Positions 56,565 through 64,000 of a stretch of DNA of 64,000 bases are shown here, one piece after another. The stretch lies in assembly GCA_038064915.1 (NCBI GenBank), contig JBBTSB010000009.1:20773-84772 (forward strand), in the 5' to 3' direction. The notes beneath the pieces are model-generated. The model had not been told where the DNA came from, ran no database searches, and saw nothing but the letters and a program-made list of their open reading frames with translations. How positions within the stretch are numbered: the first letter of the stretch is position 1; each line of letters starts with the position of its first letter. The translations under genes were made by a program, and so were the position numbers. The DNA is from Patescibacteria group bacterium (lineage in GTDB: Bacteria > Patescibacteriota > Minisyncoccia > 2-02-FULL-40-12 > IGHO2-01-FULL-4-A).

Positions 56565-57740
56565 CTACAGGTGTGGAAAGGCCGATCTGTGGACAAGTAT
56601 ATCCTCCTCTGGATACCACCGGGTGCGAAGTTCACCAGCTAAATAAAAAGAACCGGTCACTAAAACCAGGTCATTCGACCTGGCTGCCGCTAACGCGGCA
56701 TCCAAAGCTTGCCCAGAATCCGTATATCCCCCCAAGTTCATGCATTTTCGTTCCGCGTTCTGAAATCTTGTGGGATACACAACATCCGCCGGAATTTCCT
56801 CTATAATTTCCCTTTCTTTATTTGCCGCAAGCGCTACTACAAGATGTAATTTGTCAAAGGTCAATTGTTTTAGTTTTTCGGCGGTATATCTAAACTTCGC
56901 CCTATTGTGAGCCCCGTCTATGATAACTATCGGCTTTTCCTGCACTATTTCAAATCTTGCCGGAAGTTTTACTTCTTCGGCTCTGAACCCCATCGCCTCT
57001 ACCAATTCTTTATTCCCGCCTTTTATATAATTAAATTCCGGCCCTTGTTCCTTGCAAATATCTTCCATGATCTTTCGTAGCCTAGGCCGTGCCTCGGTAG
57101 TAAAAAACTTACTGCCTCGCTTTATTATCCCAGCTTTATCTCCCGCAATCTTAGTAAGCGTCTTTCCCAAAATATGCATGTGATCGTAGTCGATGTTCGT
57201 AATCGCACTGATTTCCGGTGCAGGAATTACATTCGTTGCATCATATCTTCCCCCACAGCCCACTTCTAATACGACATACTCGCACTGCATTTTTTTGAAG
57301 TAAATCAAAGCGATCGCCAAAAATCGCTCAAAATAACTCGGCCCACCCCAAGGACACTTTGCAAACGCCTCATCTATTTTTGGTTTCAAGTCTTCAACAA
57401 TCTGTGCAAATTCAAGAGGATCAATATATAAATCTCCTACCTGGATTTTTTCTATAGAAGTTGTGACAAACGGCGAAGTAAATAGGCCAGTCTTGTGACC
57501 GGAAGTGTGTAGTGAGTAGTGGATAGTGGAAGCGACCGTCCCCTTTCCTGCCGTGCCCGTAATATGAATATACTTAAAGCCTCGCTCTGGATTCCCCAGC
57601 AAATCCAAAAACCACTGCATGCGCTTAATATAGATCGAAGGATCATGAGTCTTTCCACTCATGTAGTTGGGCCCGCTCTGGATATTCACGAGCCCCTCGA
57701 GATATTTGACGGCGTTGTAATATCGCGAAAAATCGGACAT
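56565..57740 (-). CDS. folC: Folylpolyglutamate synthase/dihydrofolate synthase
   Basis: ITGTAGKGT, FTSP, LEVGCGGRYDATN, DGAHN, TGSFYL. Confidence 0.92.
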   Translation of the reverse strand: MSDFSRYYNAVKYLEGLVNIQSGPNYMSGKTHDPSIYIKRMQWFLDLLGNPERGFKYIHITGTAGKGTVASTIHYSLHTSGHKTGLFTSPFVTTSIEKIQVGDLYIDPLEFAQIVEDLKPKIDEAFAKCPWGGPSYFERFLAIALIYFKKMQCEYVVLEVGCGGRYDATNVIPAPEISAITNIDYDHMHILGKTLTKIAGDKAGIIKRGSKFFTTEARPRLRKIMEDICKEQGPEFNYIKGGNKELVEAMGFRAEEVKLPARFEIVQEKPIVIIDGAHNRAKFRYTAEKLKQLTFDKLHLVVALAANKEREIIEEIPADVVYPTRFQNAERKCMNLGGYTDSGQALDAALAAARSNDLVLVTGSFYLAGELRTRWYPEEDILVHRSAFPHL

Positions 57741-57782
57741 GGGGAGAGGATATCATACTAAACAACTCCCTCCAACTTCAAC

Positions 57783-57862
57783 AACCCCCTCGATCCCCCT
57801 TATAGATAAGGGGGAAGAAATTTCTGCTCCCTCTCTTATCTATAAGAGAGGGTTGGGGTGAG
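57783..57862. repeat. REP-like double palindrome (inverted copy of 14355-14429)
   Basis: Near-identical apart from spacer indels; supplies the last codons and stop of 57840-58520. Confidence 0.88.
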
Positions 57863-58520
57863 ATAGTGCGTATTTCTGATTCACGAGTGGCAAGACTCTC
57901 GGCACCTTTTTCGCCACGAGTGCCAACACATTGTTCATGACAAGATACGAGACGGCGATACCGAGAGCAAAAATCGCTCGCTCTTTTATGACTATAGGAA
58001 TAAGACCAGACCAGACGGAAGCCGGCAAGGGATTAAAGATCGCCCAGAGTGCGCCTCCCACGGCATGGGCGGTAAAGGTCGCGCCAAGCGCACGGGCGAG
58101 AAGCCAACGATCCTGCAGAAAGTACGCGACAATAGGGATCAACCAAAGCAAAGCGAAGTACCAGGCTTGACGGCTTTCCGGCATGATCAAAAAAGCTATT
58201 ATTGCCGCAACCGGAACGATGACATTGAAGAGGCTTTTGCGGGAAAAATACAAGGCGGCTGCAAGTGGAGTGATGAGACGAATAGCCATTACCGCATCAA
58301 ACGAACTTACGCCTTTTACAGCAAGGTTAATCAATTCCATTCCCGCGACAGCCACGACTCCCCAGAGCGATCCCAAAAATCCCGTGGCTATTGGCGCAAA
58401 CAGATCAAAAAGCGTAAACGCCGACCGTGAACCTTCTAGCTTTGCGACCGGAACCTGCAATGCTACAAAACCGAGAACCGCAAACAATACGATGAACAGA
58501 ATTTTTTGTTTATTTGACAC
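57840..58520 (-). CDS. Multi-TM membrane protein, possible ECF S-component
   Basis: 6-7 TM helices; lies between the DHFR-like gene and folC. Confidence 0.65.
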   Translation of the reverse strand: MSNKQKILFIVLFAVLGFVALQVPVAKLEGSRSAFTLFDLFAPIATGFLGSLWGVVAVAGMELINLAVKGVSSFDAVMAIRLITPLAAALYFSRKSLFNVIVPVAAIIAFLIMPESRQAWYFALLWLIPIVAYFLQDRWLLARALGATFTAHAVGGALWAIFNPLPASVWSGLIPIVIKERAIFALGIAVSYLVMNNVLALVAKKVPRVLPLVNQKYALSHPNPLL

Positions 58521-58959
58521 GGTAGTGCAGGAGGAGTGTTCCTTGCGGGTTCAATCGCTCCACGTTTATTAGCTCCAACTCTACCTCAAGCGGTATGTCT
58601 TGCGCAAGAGGCAACCCTTTTCCAAAGATTTTGGGCTCTATTGTCAAATATATTTCGTTTATTAATTTTCTTTTAAAAAACTCCGCATTCAGTTCACTTC
58701 CCCCTACGAGCAGTGCCTCCTCCACATCATCAGGAAGTGCAAAGCCAGTCTCGCGTGACATGACGATGCGCCGGATACCATCGCCGCTTGGTTTTCCGGC
58801 AGCTTCCCATGTTTTTCTACCAACAATAATAGTTCCAATTTTCTTTTTGAGATCATGAAAGAACCCTTGGTCCTCCACCGACGCCCAAAGATTCGGGCTT
58901 AGGTCCGCTTTCGTTGATTTCCCGTCCAGACTCAAAACCATGGCGAGAATAATCTTCAT
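58510..58959 (-). CDS. Dihydrofolate reductase/RibD C-terminal family protein
   Basis: SLDGK, VGRKTW, VGG, IEPKIFGKG. Confidence 0.85.
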   Translation of the reverse strand: MKIILAMVLSLDGKSTKADLSPNLWASVEDQGFFHDLKKKIGTIIVGRKTWEAAGKPSGDGIRRIVMSRETGFALPDDVEEALLVGGSELNAEFFKRKLINEIYLTIEPKIFGKGLPLAQDIPLEVELELINVERLNPQGTLLLHYRVK

Positions 58960-60752
58960 GCGTCTTGAAATTGCAAGTCGTGCAATAGCTGATACGTCGG
59001 GCTTTTCTTCATAAGTTCCGCATGCGTTCCCATCGCTTCGATCGTGCCTTGTTTGAATACCAAAATCAAGTCTGCGTGGATCACCGTGGACAGACGGTGC
59101 GCGATGATAAATGATGTACGATTTTTTATGAGATCTTTCGTGGCTTTTTGAATAAGGCGCTCGCTTTCGCTATCCAGATGACTCGTCGCTTCGTCGAGAA
59201 TGAGAATACGCGGATCCCGCAAGACCGCGCGCGCAATACCGATGCGCTGACGCTCACCGCCCGACAATTTGATCCCACGCTCCCCCACCACGGTGTCATA
59301 GCCATGCTCAAGCTTCATAATGAAGTCATGCGCGAGTGCGGTCTTTGCGGCTCGAATAAGTTCAGCATCGGGCACCTGAGGCCTTCCATAAGCAATATTT
59401 TCTCGAATCGTACGAGAAAATAAATCCACTTCCTGCGGCACTACGGCCATCTGCGAACGAAGGCTGTCCTGTGTCACGTCGCGCAAATCATAGTCATCGA
59501 TCAAAATCGCACCTTCCGTGGGATCAAAGGAGCGCAAGAGTAAATTTATAAACGTCGTCTTCCCCGAACCGGAGCGACCCACGAGCGCCACCGTAGTACC
59601 GGCGGGAATACGGAGGCGAATGTTTCGTAATGCACGGTGCTTTTTTCCAGATCCTTGATAGGAAAACGACATGTCCTGAAAATCAATATGCTGCGCAAAC
59701 GGAGGCAACGCAACCGCGTGCGGTTTATCGACGACGCTAACAGGCTCGTCGAGTATTTCAAACATCTTCTCAGAGCGTCCAAGATTTCGTCGCATGCGAG
59801 GCAACACATTGGAAAGCTGGGCCAAGGGGCTGTACGCCATATTTTGAAGCGTGATATAGAGGACAAATTCACCGATCGTTGCGGATCCGCGCACCACCAA
59901 AAACCCGGCTAGGATGATTACCGCAATACGCCCCGTGGTGCCAATAGCGGTTTGAATATTTTCCATGATTGCCCACAGATGTTCGGCTTCATATTGGATT
60001 TGACGCGCTTTGTTGCGAAGTTTGCGCTGCGTTTCGATTTCCACTTGCTCTTGAGCAAACTTTTTCACGGTCAACACATTGCCGGCAACGTCGTATTCCT
60101 CTTTGTTGACGGCGTCGAACTGTTCATTTACGCGTCGTTCGATTTCATAAATGCGTTGGGTGAGTTTGCGCACCGCAAAAATATATATGGGTAAGGGAAT
60201 AAACACGACGGCACCGATAAGTGGGTTTTTGTATATCAACACAGCAAAAACAGCAAGGAAGACGGTCAAAGGTGGCAACAAATTATGGCCAATGATGTCA
60301 TTAAGCACTGCATACATACCCACTCCTCCACGATCGATGCGACCGATAATCTGGCCACTCGATACTCCATGATGAAAAAGTGAATGGAGTCGAAGGTATT
60401 TTTCATAGGTGCGATAGCGTAGTTGATCCTCTACTGTCGTAACGAGCTTGAACAGTCGATAGTCATAGAGTGATTTTAAAAAGCGAGCCAGCACAGTCGC
60501 AACCAAAATCCCGACTGCAGACCAAAGCAAAACTGATATCGGTGCAATACCACCTCCCGTAAAGAATGCAATGAGCCGATCAATAAGTTTTTGAGAAATG
60601 AAAGGGACGGTGATATCAAACGCCGAGGACAGCAAAACAAGAAACAAAAGTGCCACGACAACTCTTTTGTAGTCTTTTAAGAGCGCTAGTACACGCCGTG
60701 TGGTAGATTTTTTTATTTCGGTTCCAGTTCGAGACATACGGAATTTATACAA
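58956..60752 (-). CDS. ABC exporter, fused permease/ATPase
   Basis: GRSGSGKT, LSGGERQR, ILDEATS; N-terminal TM domain; start may be 60737. Confidence 0.93.
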   Translation of the reverse strand: MYKFRMSRTGTEIKKSTTRRVLALLKDYKRVVVALLFLVLLSSAFDITVPFISQKLIDRLIAFFTGGGIAPISVLLWSAVGILVATVLARFLKSLYDYRLFKLVTTVEDQLRYRTYEKYLRLHSLFHHGVSSGQIIGRIDRGGVGMYAVLNDIIGHNLLPPLTVFLAVFAVLIYKNPLIGAVVFIPLPIYIFAVRKLTQRIYEIERRVNEQFDAVNKEEYDVAGNVLTVKKFAQEQVEIETQRKLRNKARQIQYEAEHLWAIMENIQTAIGTTGRIAVIILAGFLVVRGSATIGEFVLYITLQNMAYSPLAQLSNVLPRMRRNLGRSEKMFEILDEPVSVVDKPHAVALPPFAQHIDFQDMSFSYQGSGKKHRALRNIRLRIPAGTTVALVGRSGSGKTTFINLLLRSFDPTEGAILIDDYDLRDVTQDSLRSQMAVVPQEVDLFSRTIRENIAYGRPQVPDAELIRAAKTALAHDFIMKLEHGYDTVVGERGIKLSGGERQRIGIARAVLRDPRILILDEATSHLDSESERLIQKATKDLIKNRTSFIIAHRLSTVIHADLILVFKQGTIEAMGTHAELMKKSPTYQLLHDLQFQDA

Positions 60753-61063
60753 AATCTTTGTTTGCCGTTAGGTCCGTCATTGAATACATGGCCGAGATGG
60801 GCTCCACAATTTTTACATTTTACTTCTGTGCGATCATTGTCAGGAATTAATTCTATGTGCTCGAAATTTTCGGGTTCTGTAAAACTCGGCCAGCCCGTGC
60901 CGGAATCAAACTTGGTATCCGATGAAAACAAAACATTTCCGCAGTTTGAGCACTTATACATGCCATCAGCGTGCTCGTTTACGTACTTCCCCGAAAACGG
61001 CGCCTCCGTCCCCTTTTCGAACATTATTTGTTTTTGTTCGTCCGTAAGGGTATCTTTGATCAT
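60713..61063 (-). CDS. msrB: Peptide-methionine (R)-S-oxide reductase
   Basis: GTEAPF, CSNC, GTGWPSF, HLGHVFNDGP, RFCINS. Confidence 0.94.
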   Translation of the reverse strand: MIKDTLTDEQKQIMFEKGTEAPFSGKYVNEHADGMYKCSNCGNVLFSSDTKFDSGTGWPSFTEPENFEHIELIPDNDRTEVKCKNCGAHLGHVFNDGPNGKQRFCINSVCLELEPK

Positions 61064-61088
61064 AGAGTAATCATAAGTCACCTCCACC

Positions 61089-62876
61089 ATGATTTCAATT
61101 CCTCCTCCTGCGATCGTTGAAAATTACGTCCACACCGGGAACACGGATTTTGATGGGTTTTATGACAACGTAAGAAACATCATGACGCAAAATATTCGGC
61201 ATTGCCAAATGGCAAAGGGCTACCGAAGTCCCGACACCGACAATCTCTGGCTTCGCGATCATGTGTATCAAATGCAGGGGTTCAAGTACTGGGAGGAGGA
61301 TATGACGAGCCTCGTGGAGTTTTTCTTGCGGGATCAGACTGCCAGCGGAAGTCTCAATGATCTTGAGTGTCCCGGCGGACGTATCGGGACAGAATCTGAC
61401 GTGGAGTACTGGGGAGTGTTGGGCGCGTTCACGGCCTGGCAAGCAACCGGAAATGATGCGTGGCTGGAAAGTGTGCGTGAAAATCTCGAGCAGGCGCTTC
61501 ACTACTCTACGACCGACAAATATCGCTGGGATAAAACACATGGTCTGGTCAAACGACCGTTCACTATCGACACGTGGGACTTTCAGTGGGGCGACGGAAG
61601 TCCGGAGATCAATGACAATACGCGCTTCGGCATCATGTCGGGAGACAATTCAGGGCTGTATCTAGCAGCGCGTTTTTTGGGACAGCATGCTTTGGCACAA
61701 AGCATCAAAACGAAAGCCAACGCTCTTCTTTGGAATAACGCTCGCGGCTACTATCGAAGTTTTTTTCATCTTGAGCCACCCACTCCCCCGGTAGATATCA
61801 ATGAAGATGCAATGTTGAGCTTCAGCAATATCTTGAATGTGAACCGAGGAGATTTTGTGGATCAGAAAAAAGCAGAGCGTATCATCCAGGAATATATTCG
61901 TCGTGGAAAGTGGTACAGTATCAATCCGGATTATGGTGATGGGAAATTTGGCACTGCTGCACAGAAAAGTGGTGAATACGTAAACGGTGGCATCTTTCCT
62001 TTCATAGGCGGAGAATTGGCAAAGGCGGAGCTGACTCGAGGTTATGAAAATGAAGGCGTAAAAGAACTGAAAAAATATATCGAGCTGCTCAAAAAAGATA
62101 ACAACAAGACCTATCTGTGGTATTGGCCCGATGGGAAGCCGGGCATCTATCAAGATACAATTCCAACCGACGGCTGGGGCAGTAGTGCATTTTTATCGGC
62201 ATTTATAGAAGGGCTGGTAGGGATACGAGATCTCGATCGCGCTTTCAACGTAGTGGAACTTGCGCCTCGCTGGCCGGCTGCCGGTATCAGCCACGCCGAT
62301 GTTCGTATTGGATACGGCGCAGGTGATGCGTATATCGCCTACACCTATACCGTCGAAAAGAACACAATCAAGATGGAGGTGGAAGGATCAGGATCTACCG
62401 TGCGGGCACATATTCTCCTCCCCGAAGAAACAGAGTCATATCAAATCCACGTGAACGGACAACCACGACCCTACACGACAAGCCGCGTTCGAGAAAGTAG
62501 ATATGCTGATTTTTCATTCTCTCTACCAAAAACCGCGAGCATAACCCCTCGAGCTATTACGCCTTTTGCCTTTGATGATGACAAATTTCATCCCCTGCTT
62601 CGTGCCGCTGGTCGGCAAGAGGTTTTTTACATCACCGATGAAGGAACGAAGATGCATATACAAAACGAACAGGCGTTTGCGGTGGCAGGATTTGATTTCA
62701 AACAGGTCTGGATTGTATCGCCCGACAGGCTTGACTCCATCGAAACGGACTCCCAGACATTTGATCCCGCACTGGCAAAACCAAAAGCAACCCGTAACAT
62801 TTTGCTTATTTTGGGTATTATACTACTATTCTGCTATGCAATTTTCACGAGAATCCCTAGAAAAACTGTGGGATGA
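61089..62876 (+). CDS. Putative six-hairpin glycoside hydrolase with C-terminal TM anchor
   Basis: WLRD, DTWDF, LLWN..GYY, YVNGGIFP, GLVGI/APRW patterns typical of (alpha/alpha)6 glycosidases; C-terminal hydrophobic helix plus basic tail. Confidence 0.65.
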   Translation: MISIPPPAIVENYVHTGNTDFDGFYDNVRNIMTQNIRHCQMAKGYRSPDTDNLWLRDHVYQMQGFKYWEEDMTSLVEFFLRDQTASGSLNDLECPGGRIGTESDVEYWGVLGAFTAWQATGNDAWLESVRENLEQALHYSTTDKYRWDKTHGLVKRPFTIDTWDFQWGDGSPEINDNTRFGIMSGDNSGLYLAARFLGQHALAQSIKTKANALLWNNARGYYRSFFHLEPPTPPVDINEDAMLSFSNILNVNRGDFVDQKKAERIIQEYIRRGKWYSINPDYGDGKFGTAAQKSGEYVNGGIFPFIGGELAKAELTRGYENEGVKELKKYIELLKKDNNKTYLWYWPDGKPGIYQDTIPTDGWGSSAFLSAFIEGLVGIRDLDRAFNVVELAPRWPAAGISHADVRIGYGAGDAYIAYTYTVEKNTIKMEVEGSGSTVRAHILLPEETESYQIHVNGQPRPYTTSRVRESRYADFSFSLPKTASITPRAITPFAFDDDKFHPLLRAAGRQEVFYITDEGTKMHIQNEQAFAVAGFDFKQVWIVSPDRLDSIETDSQTFDPALAKPKATRNILLILGIILLFCYAIFTRIPRKTVG

Positions 62877-63306
62877 GACAACACCAAAACTCTTTGGCTA
62901 TCTTGTAAACACTCTCCACGACAAGGCGCTTGCAGAAGATATTTTTCAGAGTACCTGGACAAAAACTCTGGATGCGCTTCCCCTCTATCAGGATCGGGGT
63001 ATTCCTTTTAGTGCGTGGCTGTTTGCGATCGCTCGAAATGAATGCAAGCTGTATTGGCGAAAAGGAAATCACGAAGTAGTTTTTGATGCACAGGAACACG
63101 ATGTGGCTACAGAGCCTGCGGGACAAGACTCGTTGCTCGCTGAACAAATTATGAGTCGACTTCCCGAAGACGATCGTGAACTTCTGCGTCTCCGCTACAT
63201 CGCCGATCTCCCCATGAATGACATCGCAAAAATTTTACAAACTAACTCCGTTGCTGTGCGCGTTCGGATCCACCGCGCACTGAAACGGGCACATCAACAT
63301 GTCTAA
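62836..63306 (+). CDS. ECF RNA polymerase sigma factor
   Basis: AEDIFQSTW, FSAWLFAIARN, VRVRIHRALKR; start set at 62836. Confidence 0.9.
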   Translation: MQFSRESLEKLWDETTPKLFGYLVNTLHDKALAEDIFQSTWTKTLDALPLYQDRGIPFSAWLFAIARNECKLYWRKGNHEVVFDAQEHDVATEPAGQDSLLAEQIMSRLPEDDRELLRLRYIADLPMNDIAKILQTNSVAVRVRIHRALKRAHQHV

Positions 63307-64000
63307 TATCAATAATCTACTCACCAATTGGGGTAAATCCCAACGCCAAGCTCCGCACAATAACGAAGTGCTTAAAAATGCAATTTTACAACAAGCACCC
63401 GAACTGAGCGGTTCAACCGCTCAACGACGCTTGCCATGGCTCTCATTTGCACTCGCTGGATTTGCAGTTTTGGTTCTTATCTTTCAGCCCGTCTTTGAGG
63501 AGCCGGAAGCGACCATGCTTGCGGTCCGTACACAAAAATCTGCGAACGAAAGTGTTGCAAAACCTCAATACGACCGAAGTTTATCTTATCCTGCCTATAC
63601 CAACGAGATTCCTATTACTGATGATCGTGAGTTTCTCAAAATGAACTACCGAACGGATATCCGTACGAGAAATGTGAGTGAGATGAGTCGGCGTATACAA
63701 ACGATCATCCATGGACATGATGGACGTATTGACTCACTGCAGGTTTCTCCGAAGAACGCCCAAATACAATTTGCCATTCCTGCTAACAAGTTTGAAGTAT
63801 TTCGATCTGAAATTGAATCACTAACCAAAGGAAAACTCATTTCGGTAAACATCAACGCACAGAACTTGCTGACCCAAAAACAGCAGATTGAGAGTCAACC
63901 ACAAACCTATGAACGTGACGCGATCGATCGAACATTTATGGGTAACATTGCCACGGTGAACGGCACAATCAATCTCCGATTCGTCAGTATCTGGGAAGTC
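63299..64000 (+). CDS. Putative anti-sigma / DUF4349-like membrane protein (partial, runs off window)
   Basis: ATG overlaps the sigma stop; MSNINNLLTNWG..., TM segment RRLPWLSFALAGFAVLVLIF; no stop seen before the window end. Confidence 0.65.
   Translation, partial: MSNINNLLTNWGKSQRQAPHNNEVLKNAILQQAPELSGSTAQRRLPWLSFALAGFAVLVLIFQPVFEEPEATMLAVRTQKSANESVAKPQYDRSLSYPAYTNEIPITDDREFLKMNYRTDIRTRNVSEMSRRIQTIIHGHDGRIDSLQVSPKNAQIQFAIPANKFEVFRSEIESLTKGKLISVNINAQNLLTQKQQIESQPQTYERDAIDRTFMGNIATVNGTINLRFVSIWEV

Noticed and set aside
1-64000. Alternative genetic code (UGA=Gly) or a prophage
   Set aside because: Core genes are uninterrupted under code 11 and several end at TGA at the expected length; no phage structural, terminase or integrase genes recognised

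Overview
This 64-kb window looks like chromosomal DNA from a Patescibacteria/CPR bacterium, most likely Parcubacteria. This is an inference from the CPR-type L28, split comEC, PaaX-like gene and compact overlapping genes; genetic code 11 is used. The backbone is housekeeping: dnaG-rpoD, rpsL-rpsG-fusA (no tuf), murB, murC, ndk, gatAC, ligA, parAB, folD, glyA, folC, tsaC, uvrC, secG, rnj, trpS, ychF, a sugar-phosphate cluster and redox genes. It also has a type IV pilus/competence cluster and five tRNAs, one of which (Asn-GUU) is split by a group I intron inside the anticodon. The most notable signal is a layer of very small, recombinase-free modules between core genes. (i) Three Cys-rich 'PRCP' micro-ORFs, each with a strong SD and a shared post-stop motif; two of them carry a near-identical ~73-nt hairpin element. 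(ii) Two modules (a PaaX/Cas2-like gene; a kinase plus four-helix-bundle pair) bracketed at their start and stop codons by 40-45-bp inverted repeats. (iii) Two modules flanked by 28-33-bp direct repeats of the host gene junction. (iv) A free-standing LAGLIDADG gene behind tRNA-Leu. (v) Several palindrome and heptamer repeat families sitting in frame inside core proteins. A promoter-and-terminator-bounded structured RNA of unknown family lies between pilT and pilB. All calls come from reading the sequence; no database searches were run.
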